Shown in pieces: positions 26,075-38,619 of a stretch of 64,000 bases of DNA. Under the pieces are notes generated by a model that had not been told where the DNA came from, ran no database searches, and saw only the letters and a program-made list of their open reading frames with translations. A program made the translations under genes and the position numbers. The DNA comes from Octopus vulgaris. Lineage: Eukaryota. Each line of letters starts with the position of its first letter. Position 1 is the first letter of the stretch. The DNA lies in contig OX597827.1 of assembly GCA_951406725.2 (NCBI GenBank), positions 9,362,001-9,426,000 of the forward strand, written 5' to 3'.

Positions 26075-27085
26075 GAAGAGAGAAAGAGAGAGGAGAGATA
26101 GAGAGAAGAGAGAGGAGAGATAGAGAGAAGAGAGAGGAGAGATAGAGAGAAGAGAGAGGAGAGATAGAAAGAAGAGAGAGGAGAGATAGAGAGAAGAGAG
26201 AGGAGAGATAGAGAGAAGAGAGAGGAGAGATAGAAAGAAGAGAGAGGAGAGATAGAAAAAGAGAGAGGAGAGATAGAGAGAAGAGAGAGGAGAGATAGAG
26301 AGAAGAGAGAGGAGAGATAGAGAAAAGAGAGAGGGGAGATAGAAAAAGAGAGAGGAGAGATAGAGAGAAGAGAGAGGAGAGAGAGAGAGAAAAGAGAGAG
26401 GAGAGATAGAGAAAAGAGAGAGGAGAGATAGAGAGAAGAGAGAGGAGAGATAGAGAAAAGAGAGAGGAGAGATAGAGAGAAGAGAGAGGAGAGATAGAAA
26501 GAAGAGAGAGGAGAGATAGAGAGAAGAGAGAGGAGAGATAGAAAGAAGAGAGAGGAGAGATAGAGAAAAGAGAGAGGAGAGATAGAGAGAAGAGAGAGGA
26601 GAGATAGAGAGAAGAGAGAGGAGAGATAGAGAGAAGAGAGAGGAGAGATAGAGAGAAGAGAGAGGAGAGATAGAGAGAAGAGAGAGGAGAGATAGAGAGA
26701 AGAGAGAGGGAGAGATAGAGAGAAGAGAGAGGAGAGATAGAGAAAGAGAGAGGAGAGATAGAGAGAAGAGAGAGAGGAGAGATAGAAAGAAGAGAGAGGA
26801 GAGATAGAGAAAGAGAGAGGAGAGATAGAGAGAAGAGAGAGGAGAGATAGAGAGAAGAGAGAGGAGAGATAGAGAAAAGAGAGAGGAGAGATAGAGAAAG
26901 AGAGAGGGAGAGATAGAGAGAAGAGAGAGGAGAGATAGAGAAAAGAGAGAGGAGAGATAGAGAGAAGAGAGAGGAGAGATAGAGAGAAGAGAGAGGAGAG
27001 ATAGAGAGAAGAGAGAGGAGAGATAGAGAGAAGAGAGAGGAGAGATAGAAAGAAGAGAGAGGAGAGATAGAGAGAAGAGAGAGCA
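26075..27085. repeat. 22-bp polypurine minisatellite, about 45 units
   Basis: Unit TAGAGAGAAGAGAGAGGAGAGA with variants. Confidence 0.95.
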
Positions 27086-27255
27086 AGAAAGGAAAAAGAC
27101 AGGTAAGTAAGCAGGGATGGTTAGAAATACTGTAAAGAATTAAATGGGTATAAAAGCAAAAAAAAAATAGGAAAAACAAAAAAATTAAGGGATAAATAAA
27201 GATGAGAACTGCAATGACCCGGTAAAGTAGGACAACTAGCCTCTATATATGGAAA

Positions 27256-27722
27256 GTGGAGGCGCAATGGCCCAGTGGTTAGGGCAGCAGACTCGCGGTC
27301 GTAGGATCGCGGTTTCGATTCCCAGACCGGGCGTTGTGAGTGTTTATTGAGCGAAAACACCTAAAAGCTCCACGAGGCTCCGGCAGGGGATGGTGGTGAT
27401 CCCTGCTGTACTCTTTCACCACAACTTTCTCTCACTCTTACTTCCTGTTTCTGTTGTACCTGTATTTCAAAGGGGCCAGCCTTGTCACTCTCTGTGTCAT
27501 GCTGAATATCCCCGAGAACTACGTTAAGGGTACACGTGTCCGTGGAGTGCTCAGCCACTTACACGTTAATTTCACGAGCAGGCTGTTCCGTTGATTCGGA
27601 TCAGCTGGGACCCTCATCGTCGTAACCGACGGAGTGCTCCTACAATTTCACAAGCAGGCTGTTCCGTTGATTCGGATCAACCGGAACCCTGGTTGTCGTC
27701 GTAGCCGACAGAGTGCTTCCAC
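27256..27722 (+). mobile_element. tRNA-derived SINE family C with duplicated 3' tail
   Basis: Head GGCGCAATGGCCCAGTGGTTAGGGC...GGTTTCGATTCCC; TSD ATATATGGAAA at 27245 and 27723. Confidence 0.88.
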
Positions 27723-27936
27723 ATATATGGAAAATATGTTATTTGATTCAACAACTGTGATGAAATATTTTCAACATAGATATGTACATACTGAAAGATA
27801 TGGAAGATCAGTGAAGTAAAATAGATAAAAAGGAGAGAAAAAGAACTATGTTGTCGGGAGGTTAGTGTGACTGAACGAATGATGCGGAAATTATGATGTG
27901 CTAAGTATTGGTTCTACTCCAGTTGTTAGACAGGGG

Positions 27937-28027
27937 AAAGAAGAAGAAGAAGAAGAAGAAGAAGAAGAAGAAGAAGAAGAAGAAGAAGAAGAAGAAGAAG
28001 AAGAAGAAGAAGAAGAAGAAGAAGAAG
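27937..28027. repeat. (GAA)n, about 30 pure units
   Basis: Directly visible. Confidence 0.95.
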
Positions 28028-28345
28028 CGAGCATTTGAAAGAACAAAAGAAAAAAAGAAAGCTAACAATAACCAAAAGAAACCTTCTAAAGCTGTTAGCG
28101 CTTCTTTCTGTTGGCATGAATAAGAATGGAGTTTATGCCAAGAATTAGCATGGTACTTACCGAAGGAAAAAAAAAATGGAAGAAATATATTGTTAACTGA
28201 CTATAAAAGATTTATTTGGGTGTTTTGCTTTCTATTTGCATATAATATTATTTTACTTTATTACAGATTTGAAAAGTTAAGTTTTGTTTGGGGACAAAAA
28301 ATTCTTTAAAATTCTTTAATATATACATATACAACACATACATGC

Positions 28346-28759
28346 TCTTTTACTCTTTTACTCTTTTACTTGTTTCAGGCATTTGACTGTGGCCATGCTG
28401 GAGCACCGCCTTTAATCGAGCAATCGACCCCGGGACTTATTCTTTTGTAAGCCCAGTACTTATTCTATTGGTCTCTTTTGCCGAACCGCTAAGTAACGGG
28501 GACATAAACACACCAGCATCGGTTGTCAAGCAATGCTAGGGGGACAAACACAGATACACAAACACACACACGCATATATATATATACATATATACGACGG
28601 GCTTCTTTCAGTTTCTGTCTACCAAATCCACTCACAAGGCTTTGGTCGGCCCGAGGCTATAGTAGAAGACACTTGCCCAAGGTGCCACGCAGTGGGACTG
28701 AACCCGGAACCATGTGGTTGGTAAACAAGCTACTTACCACACAGCCACTCCTGCGCCTA
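28346..28759 (-). mobile_element. SINE family A
   Basis: Full-length homologue. Confidence 0.88.
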
Positions 28760-29217
28760 AACATACTTACATAAATACATATGTAGGTATGTGTGTGACT
28801 ATGTATACATTAATATATGTATGTATATGTATATTAATGTACACACATACACAGATATATAGATATGTACATACACACACACACATGCACACATATAGGC
28901 TAATATATATGTACATATATGTATATGCATATATATGTACATGCACATGCACATCCACACACACACACACACATCTTTGTTAAAATGCTAACTGATTAAT
29001 CTCAATTTACTGAATATAAAAATATTCATTCAGTGCTTCATTAATTATTTCCTTAGTTAATCTCATATAGTTTAGACAATGGAATAAATTTGATGGTGTG
29101 AGAAAGAAGAGAAGGCTAACATCTCATGGAGAGAGGAAGAGATGAAATGTCAACTGGAAATGAACGTTAAGTAACAAATTTATCCTACATCACTTATAAC
29201 TTCATCTCTCTTTCTCT

Positions 29218-29280
<63 letters not shown>

Positions 29281-29374
29281 AATCATAGCTTTAAGTTTAA
29301 TCTACAAATTTTTAATACTTTATAATGGTACAGTCATTACTAGTTTTCTCAGATTCTTTTGTTTTAAAATTTAA

Positions 29375-29595
29375 CCCTTTAGCATTTAAACCGGCCATAT
29401 CCGGCCAAAAGTATTCTGCCTGTTTTATGTTCAAACTGGCCGTATCTGGTCTCTCACACCAGCCCTACAATTTCATCTTAAAAATTAACACATACCTCAT
29501 CAAAATCTCATAGTTCCAAGATAATGCCTGATCAGTTCAAGGCAATGTGGATAAAAAAGCATTAACTTTGGCAGAATAATGTGAATGCTAAAGGG
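29375..29595. mobile_element. piggyBac-like MITE
   Basis: TTAA|CCCTTTAGCATT ... AATGCTAAAGGG|TTAA. Confidence 0.8.
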
Positions 29596-29602
29596 TTAAC
29601 AT

Positions 29603-29822
29603 ATACGACGGAGTACTGAAAAACTCCTAACTTGAAGGGTATTGTGAAAAGCTTGGCTGGAGGCCCAACCATCCGAGTTTTTTTACAGGGCTTAGAAAAA
29701 CTGAAGGACTGCTGCAATAAGTGTGAATCTGAAAGGGGAATATGTTGACTAAAATCATAATTAACTGATCCTCCGGTATTTTCTTTTACCCAAAGCCAAG
29801 AACTTTTCAGTACCTTCTAGTA
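29603..29822 (+). mobile_element. Mariner-derived deletion element (MITE-like)
   Basis: TA-flanked imperfect TIRs (TACGACGGAGTACTGAAAA / TTTTCAGTACCTTCTAGTA) around a remnant of the transposase end (GLEKLKDCCNKC). Confidence 0.6.
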
Positions 29823-29998
29823 TAACCTTTGAGAAATAGTTTTATTTATTGAATATAAAACCTTCTTGGCTATTGGTTTTCAACAAACAAATCACTGGTT
29901 TACAGTATTCATGATGGTGAGAGTGGCAAAAAGCATCTATGCAAATTAAATACTACAACACTGTTATACATAATTAAAGTACCCACACATACACATGC

Positions 29999-30381
29999 AG
30001 GCGCAATGGCCCAGTGGTTAGGGCAGCGGACTCGCGGTCATAGGATCGCGGTTTCGATTCCAAGACTGGGCGTTGTGAGTGTTTATTGAGCGAAAACACC
30101 TAAAGCTCCACGAGGCTCTGGCAGGGGGTGGTGGTGATCCTTGCTGTACTCTTTCACCACAACTTTCTCTCACTCTTACTTCCTGTTTCTGTTGTACCTG
30201 TATTTCAAAGGACCGGCCTTGTCACTCTCTGTGTCACGCTGAATATACCCAAGAACTACGTTAAGGGTACACGTGTCTGTGGAGTGCTCAGCCACTTACA
30301 CGTTAATTTCACGAGCAGGCTGTTCCGTTGATTCGGATCAACCGGAACCCTCATCGTCGTAACCGACGGAGTGCTTCCAAA
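29999..30381 (+). mobile_element. SINE family C
   Basis: Full-length; TSD-like ACACATACACAT on both sides. Confidence 0.88.
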
Positions 30382-30423
30382 CACATACACATAAACACAC
30401 TCATACACATAGACACACTCAAA

Positions 30424-30877
30424 ACAAAACCAAGACAGGAAAAGCTTATCAGACCATTTCGAATATTTTATTTAAAGTAAAGGTGAATGAAAATAAGGAA
30501 AAGTAGAGGTAAGTAATGCCTTACAGCTGTTTCTGGGATATCCCAGGTATTGGATCGATATGTTTTAATATGTTGATCAACATCCCCCCATACACTGGGT
30601 ATTCCATCATCACAGACAAGATGTGTGTGCAGGAAAATTCTAGACAAAATCTTTAAGTAGTTAAAAGTATAAAGCTCATAGTTCATCTTGCTCCAGAGTG
30701 TATGGGAGTTTATCCATATTTCCATAAGGATTTACCTGGGATTACATGTAAGGAGGTACACCCCAAAAACAGCTGTAGGACATTATTTACTTCTAATTTT
30801 CCTTACTTTCATTCACTTTGACATTAATTAAAATATTCAAAATGGTCCGATAAGCTTGTCCTGCCTTGGTTTTATTT
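30424..30877. repeat. Foldback element with imperfect inverted arms of about 115 bp
   Basis: AAAACCAAGACAGGAAAAGCTTATCAGACCATTT...TACAGCTGTTT pairs with AAACAGCTGTA...AAATGGTCCGATAAGCTTGTCCTGCCTTGGTTTT. Confidence 0.8.
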
Positions 30878-31035
30878 ACCTTTACTTTTAAATTATACTC
30901 ACTAACTTGGAAACCTGTTAGAGATCCCTAGCCCCAGCCTCAATTATAAACCTGGATCCTAACAGATTACCAATTACAACACTTATGCAGCATACCTATT
31001 GGTTTACATCATCAGTGACTTAAACCCTTCCTATT

Positions 31036-31102
<67 letters not shown>

Positions 31103-31114
31103 TTATATATATAT

Positions 31115-31315
31115 AACAGGAAGGTTTACGAAAATAAACAAAAGACAAAGGCAGGTGAAGTACAAACAAACAAATGTATTAGTATAGGGCTCAGGAATAG
31201 AAATAGAATATGTCTTTTACGTTTCGAGCCTATGCTCTTTGACAGAAAGATACACAGAAAAGAAAGAAGGAGAGAAACATGGAGAGAAAAAAATGCGTGT
31301 AGGAGCTAACGGTCC
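31115..31315. repeat. Unclassified repeat beside an AT microsatellite; related copies at 55577-55760 and about 62120-62390
   Basis: Shared AAACAAAAGAC.AAGGCAGGTG..GTACAAA and GTTTCGAG...GCTCTT blocks. Confidence 0.6.
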
Positions 31316-32134
31316 ATATATATATATATATAAATTTATATAAATAAGGACAAGATTGATATTTACATACCGATCTTATCAGGTGGCCAGCATGGGAATA
31401 AAAACCTTTCAAAGGTAATAATTATTTGAAATTATAATTTAGGGTATCTAAAAGATACCACCCTGATGGAAATAGCAGTCAAAACTTGATTCTAAAACTA
31501 CATTAAATATTCATACAGCACCAGGAGAGAAGACAAAAAGACAAAATAAACTACCAAAAAATTACTGGATAATTCCAGATCTTGGATTTCTGGCTTTGCA
31601 TAAGAAATGCATATGCACCTCTGTGAATGTTTATAGTCTGTGTTACTATAAAAAGTCTCTGAGTTACAAACCATGACATTCTTAACAAATCTCTGCCAAC
31701 ACACGTCCAGTAACTCAGGGTAAAGATTACTGGATTGAAAACACCTAAACTTGAAAAAAAAAAGGTAAGAATAAGTAACAGGAAGTGTAGCTGCCTGTAA
31801 ATAAATTACTTGACATATATATTTATTTAATAAGGAAAACTAGATGTAAAACAGATATTAATATGAACAGAGCTTCCCACAAATTTTGCCATTTAAATTC
31901 CATTTGAATTGCATTGATTTGCCAAAGCTATTCTTGAAAACACTTGCCCAAGATGCCATGCTCTAGGACTGAATCTGTAAGTCACATGTTTATGGTACAA
32001 ATTTCTTAACTACACAACCATACATACTTATGACATAAAACTGAACTCATTGCTTTCCAAGCTGACTGTTGCATTATGATATCTCTTGACTGGTATCAAT
32101 ATGTCATAATTTTTACTCAACTCTCATCCTCCTC

Positions 32135-32517
32135 CTCATCATCATCATTTAGCATCCGCTTTCCATGCTAGCATGGGTTGGACGGTTCAACTGGGGTCTG
32201 TGAAGCCAGAAGGCTGCATCAGGCCCAGTCTGATCTGGCAGTGTTTCTACGGCTGGATGCCCTTCCTAACGCCAACCACTCTATGAGTGTAGTGGGTGCT
32301 TTTTACGTGCCACCAGCACAGGTGCCAGACGAAGCTGGCAAACGGCCACGGACGGATGGTGCTTTTTATGTGCCACCGGCACAGGGGCCAGGTGAGGCTG
32401 GCAATGGCCACGATCGGATGGTGCTTTCTATGTGCCACCGGCACGGGGGCCAGGCGAGGCTGGTAACGGCCATGAACAGATGGTGCTTTTTACATGCCAC
32501 TGGCACGGAGGCCAGTC
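32135..32517 (-). mobile_element. RTE 3'-end fragment
   Basis: Same tail with several GATGGTGCTTTTTAYGTGCCACC units. Confidence 0.75.
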
Positions 32518-32996
32518 TAATTAAACACATCATCAACATATCTCATATAATTTAAAAAATGAATATCTAACCACTTTTAGTATGAAGCTGATGTTTCAAC
32601 CAAGAATTAACGGAAAACTCTTACTTAAAATCATGTAGGAAGGTTTGCAATTAAATATGAACAATTAAAAGCAGATGGTTTTATACTGTAGAACCAGAGA
32701 TGGTCTGAAACTGGTTAGTTACAAATGAGTTAATATAAAACAATAATGAATTACTTTAAATTTTCAATTCTAATTTTCAAAATAGAGTAACATATCAAAA
32801 GAAAGAAGTAATATCTACAAGCTAACTTTAAGAAATCAACGAAAATTTGATACATGTAACACAATCCTATTGTGTGAGGTGATTTAAAACCCTTTAGCAT
32901 TCAGGCTACTCTGCCAAATGTAATACTTATTAATACCCATTGTTTTGAATTAAGGATGCTTTATCTTGCAGCTTTGAGATTTCAATTATATCATTG

Positions 32997-32997
<1 letters not shown>

Positions 32998-33030
<33 letters not shown>

Positions 33031-33412
33031 GTTTAACGTCCGCTTTCCATGCTAGCATGGGTTGAACAGTTCAACTGGGGTCTGGGAAGCCCGAAGGCTG
33101 CACCAGGCCAGTCAGATCTGGCAGTGTTTCTACGGCTGGATGCCCTTCCTAACGCCAACCACTCCGTGGGTATAGTGGGTGCTTTTTATGTACCACCGAC
33201 ACAGGTGCCAGACGAGGCTGGCGAATGGCCACGCTCGGATGGTGCTTTTTATGTGCCACCGACACAGGTGCCAGACGAGGCTGGCGAATGGGCACGCTTG
33301 GATGGTGCTTTTTACATGCCACCGGCACAGAGGCCAGGCGAGGCTGGCACAGCCACGATCGAATGGTGTTTGTTACGTGCCACCAGCACGGAGGCCAGTC
33401 GATGGCCAGTCA
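32998..33412 (-). mobile_element. RTE 3'-end fragment
   Basis: (CAT)n tail plus tandem internal units of about 63 bp. Confidence 0.75.
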
Positions 33413-33740
33413 ATGCATATTTTTAGAAAAACTTTGTATGGTAGTTTTGCTCAACTAAAGGCGGTGCTCCAGCATGGCCACAGTCAATTGACTGAAACAA
33501 GTAAAAGAGTATAAAAAAAGAAAGAGTAAGCTGGAAGACTAAGTTAATTTTTTGTTGAAATGTTTTGCAATTTCATTCTTGCATCCACTGTCTGAACTGA
33601 ACCAATGAAGGAATCTCTGTGCAGTTACTTGAATGACAATGAATAGCAGCCAACTCTTCCTCAAATCGCACCCTTTTGTCTTAAATGAGGAATAACACAT
33701 TGACACTTGCAGTTCTGATCTAGGTATTCTATACCGAGAT

Positions 33741-34145
33741 ACTCTCTTTACTCTCTTTTACTCTTTTACTTGTTTCAGTCATTTGACTGCGGCCATGCTG
33801 GAGCACCGCCTTTAGTCGAGCAAATCGACCCTGGAACTTATTCTTTGTAAGCCCAGTACTTATTCTATCGGTCTCTTTTGCCGAACCGCTAAGTGACGGG
33901 GACGTAAACACACCAGCATCGGTTGTCAAGCAATGCTAGGAGGACAAACATATACACACACATACATATATATATATACGTATATACGACAGGCTTCTTT
34001 CAGTTTCCGTCTACCAAATCCACTCACAAAACTTTGGTCAGCCCGAGGCTATAGTAGAATACACTTGCCCAAGATGCCACGAAGTGGGACTGAACCCGGA
34101 ACCATGTGGTCGGTAAGCAAGCTACTTACCACACAGCCACTCCTG
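33741..34145 (-). mobile_element. SINE family A
   Basis: Near full-length homologue. Confidence 0.88.
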
Positions 34146-34938
34146 GTCATGGCTGGAACACTTTTGACTGAAAATCTATGAATCTGCTCAGTTCAGCTGA
34201 CCAAGGGTTAAATGACAGCAGCAATGATCTTAAAGGTATTAGAATACAGTTGAATGGCTTGCCTCAGCAGAGAGATTCAAAAGATAAACACTGGAATGGT
34301 TTCATAGTATCTTCACTAGATTCTTTGGTGGATTGAAACTCTACTCAGCAAACCAAAGAAACACTCTTCAGTTATTCACTGCTGCTTGCCTCATTGTAAC
34401 CGCTTACAGCAGTGAATAGTACCTCATTGTTGCAATAACTATTTACAGCTAAGTGGTGCAGGTATTGAGAATTAAGTGTCTTTTTCATAGACAAGGCAGA
34501 GATGCAACAATAGAATATAAACAGCAGACACTTTGTCTGATATATCAGTATACTATTAACTTGCTTACAAATCTCCTTTTATTGTACAACACATAAAACA
34601 TAAAATCTATGCTACCAACTTCAATATATTGGTTATGAAATAGCCGCAAACTGGATATGATATAAAAGAGTGAGAATAAAGTAAAAGAGAATTTACCTTG
34701 ATGAATGAAAATTTTTCAGAATATATGATGAGCAAATGATATTTTCTGACTATACTTGTATAAGTTAGTAATTCATGCAAGAGTATGAAGAGATTGAGAT
34801 ATTAACTTTGAATCGTAGTAAAACTTATTGTCATACGTATAGTTACGCAGATTGTTTCACAAGTAATATAAGCATGAGTGTTTGAATTTAACGGTATATA
34901 TAATACAATAAAGAGTCTTCACCTTGTCTAATATATAC

Positions 34939-35560
34939 ACTCTTTTACTCTTTTACTTGTTTCAGTCATTTGACTGTGGCCGTGCTGGAGCACCGCCTTT
35001 AGTCGAGCAAATCAACCCCGGGACTTATTCTTTTTGTAAGCCCAGTACTTATTCTATCGGTCTCTTTTACCGAACTGCTAAGTAGCGGGGACGTAAACAC
35101 ACCAGCATCGGTTGTCAAGCAATGCTAGGGGAACAAACACAGACACACAGACACACACACATACACATATATACATATATACGACAGGCTTCTTTCAGTT
35201 TCCGTCTACCAAATCCATTGGTCGGCCCGGGGCTATAGCAGAAGACACTTGCCCAAGGTGCCACGCAGTGGGACTGAACTTTTACCGAACTGCTAAGTAG
35301 CGGGGACGTAAACACACCAGCATCGGTTGTCAAGCAATGCTAGGGGAACAAACACAGACACACAGACACACACACATACACATACATACATATATACGAC
35401 AGGCTTCTTTCAGTTTCCGTCTACCAAATCCACTCACAAGGCATTGGTCGGCCCGGGGCTATAGCAGAAGACACTTGCCCAAGATGCCACGCAGTGGGAC
35501 TGAACCCGGAACCATGTGGTTGGTTAGCAAGCTACTTACCACACAGCCACTCCTGCGCCT
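34939..35560 (-). mobile_element. SINE family A with internal duplication of about 210 bp
   Basis: Segment TTTTACCGAACTG...GGGACTGAAC present twice in tandem. Confidence 0.85.
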
Positions 35561-35792
35561 ATGTATATAAAATATATGGACAGCCAAATGATTACAATTT
35601 TCGACCAGCTGGACCTCATTCAGTTCCAATGAAGTTAGAGCTCTGTATGCATTCTTAAGTATACGGCTTGAAATATATTCATATATAAATGTTTATATAA
35701 ATTCAGCTGTACTCTTAATGGTGTGAATTCATATGTCCTTTGGCATGCAATATAATTTTCATTATATGTGTGTGTGTGTGTGTGTGTGTGAC

Positions 35793-35840
<48 letters not shown>

Positions 35841-35907
35841 GATAGATGAATAAGTAGATAGATATACACACAAATACAACCTTGTATAATATACGTTGCA
35901 TCTGTAA

Positions 35908-35978
35908 ACATCTATCTATCTATCTGTCTATTTACCTGTCTACCTATCTATCTATCTATCTATCTATATATCTATCTG

Positions 35979-36014
<36 letters not shown>

Positions 36015-36086
36015 CCCATCTATCTGTCTGTCTGTCTGTCTACCTATCTATCTATCTGTCTATCTATCTATCTATCTACCCATCTA

Positions 36087-36118
<32 letters not shown>

Positions 36119-36230
36119 TCTACCTATCTATCTTTCTATCTATCTATCTATCAATCTATCTATCTATCTATCTATCTATCTATTTATCCATCTATCTTTC
36201 TGTCTGTCTGTGTGGATATCTATCTATCTT
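35908..36230. repeat. (ATCT/GTCT)n microsatellite
   Basis: Directly visible. Confidence 0.95.
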
Positions 36231-36715
36231 TACACACACACACACACACACACATGTTTGGAGGGACTAAAAGGAGAAACAGAACTCAATACACAAATTA
36301 TGTCATAGATATATTTTTTATTCACCACATAATTTTGAAAATAGTTTTGCAGCTAGTACACACACATACACACACACACACACACATGTATACACAAAAA
36401 TATGCACACACACACCTCATATACATAGATGTACACACAAACATATATAAATCTATGTGTGTGTTTATATGCAAATATCTATATATATATACAAAAATTT
36501 TACTTAGAGTTTATATTCCAAAATATTTTTATTTTCAGTTGAAATTATTGAAAATCTATATTGCAATATCTGAGCAAACAGATTGATACAAGACGAAAGA
36601 AAACTGAAGTAAAATGAAGTCAAGTACTAATAGACAGATGTGCAATGATGCAAATATGTGACAAAATAAGCTCTAAACATAGTGCCAATTATCAGAAATT
36701 GATTACTGGCCCTAA

Positions 36716-37118
36716 TCTTTATATATAAAACTGAAGTTGTGTGAGAGTCTGTCTCCTCCGATTTACATTCCTAACTACTCCCACATTTTGCGGTGCAGTT
36801 TAACCAAAACCGGGTATCTTATAGTCGTGATTCATATCGAGCCCATCTGGGTATTAGCGCGCGTCTATGATGTGTCTACGATTTAAAAAAAAATTTACCA
36901 TCATTTTTTTCCATTTTAATGCATTTTTTTCGCTATTATATAAGGGAAGTAACTCTCTAAAAATGTCTACGATGAGTCAACGATTTAAAAAAAAATTTAC
37001 CATCATTTTTTTCCCATTTTTAATGCATTTTTTGGCTATTTTTTTGCTATAACTCTCTAAAAATGCTTATATAGTTATTTCCCTTACAAACCCGAGCAAC
37101 GCCGGGCGATACTGCTAG
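36716..37118 (+). mobile_element. Non-autonomous Helitron, copy 2
   Basis: A|TCTTTATATATAAAA ... CCCGAGCAACGCCGGGcgatactgCTAG|T; two internal units of about 100 bp. Confidence 0.9.
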
Positions 37119-37189
37119 TTATTTTATAAAGAGTAGGTAACAGCAATTACATATGAAGTATCTTATTGATTTATTGATTTATGAGTATT

Positions 37190-38207
37190 ATTATTATTGG
37201 GTGAGAAAGCAGTGCATGCCATGATAAGGGTACACCAAGCACATGCATCATAACCCTATGTGTGTAATGTGGTGACCTCATATGAATATAAACAGTCCAT
37301 GACCTTGCACATGGGGCTGATTTAGAATTTTCTTCAAGTCAAGTAGCTCTTCTCACTCAAAAAGTCCCTGAATAAGGATTATTTAAGGATGGTGAACAAA
37401 ACATTCATGTTTCCAGGGATGCATTATTCAAATCCCAAAGAAACCCTCTCAACACATGACTATGATGCTCACCCACTATTCCTGCTCATGATCAGAGATG
37501 CACATATCATCAGCTCAACTGATTAAGGGTCAAGCAACTGACAAGCAAATCAATGACACTGAGTAGGATATTTGCTGTAGCCTATCTTTTACACCGAAAC
37601 AAAACATGTACATGTTAACACTTTCAATCAATTAAGATCAGTAGCCAATCATTATTATCATTGTTATTGAGTGAGAGAGCAGTGCATGCCATCAAAGTGA
37701 CACGGGGGTAAAATATACAAAGCCCCATATATACCCATCATGACTACCCATTTGATAAGGGTACACCAGGTACATGCATCACAACCATATGTGTGCGACA
37801 TGGTCATCTCATGTCAAGATAAACAGCATATGACCTTGCAGGTGGGGCCCAGTTAGAATTTTCTTCTGGTCAAGTAGCCCACCCTGCACAATAGGTCCAT
37901 GAATAAGGTTTGTTTTAAAGATGATGAACAAAACACCCATGTTTCCAGAGGTGAATTATCCAAACCCGAAAGAATTCCTCTCAACATATGGCCATGGTGC
38001 TCCCCCACTACTTCTGCTTGTGATCAGAGATGCACGTGTCAGCAGCCACTAAGGGACATGCTCAACTGGTTAAGGTCAAACAACTGACAAGCAAATCTGT
38101 GGTATTAAGCAGAATATTTGCTGCAGCCCATCTTTTATACCAAGACAAAACAATGTCTATAATATTTCCAATCAGTTAAGGCGAGAAGCTATGAAAGCCA
38201 CTACCTA
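37190..38207 (-). repeat. Two tandem copies of an unclassified (TAA)n-tailed retroelement; a short copy also at 19042-19155
   Basis: GTGAGARAGCAGTGCATGCCAT follows TTA-rich runs at about 37200, 37670 and 19045; about 450 bp of homology between the tandem copies. Confidence 0.65.
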
Positions 38208-38259
38208 GTACTGAATCATTATTATAATCATCATCATCATTATTATTATTATTATTATT

Positions 38260-38292
<33 letters not shown>

Positions 38293-38362
38293 GCTGCTGC
38301 TGTTGCTGTTTTTGTTATTATTATTATTATTATTGTTATTATTATCATTATTATTATTATTA

Positions 38363-38409
<47 letters not shown>

Positions 38410-38493
38410 GTTGTTGTTGTTGTTGTCGTTGCTGTTATTGTTATTATTATTGTTATTATTGTTATTATTATTATTATCATTATATTATCATTG

Positions 38494-38533
<40 letters not shown>

Positions 38534-38619
38534 CATTATTATTATTATTATTATTATTATTAATAATAAGGTGGCGAACTGGCAGAATTATTAACATGTT
38601 GGACGAAATGCTTGGCGGT

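Noticed and set aside
25815-27179. 454-aa Ser/Leu ORF
   Set aside because: Produced by the 22-bp minisatellite; no domain-like content.
27258-27330. tRNA-like sequences (also near 30000, 48392 and 54320)
   Set aside because: SINE heads continuing into a shared body with TSDs, not tRNA genes.
28150-28165. Isolated minus-strand GTAAGT donor
   Set aside because: No associated acceptor or exon-like context; expected by chance.
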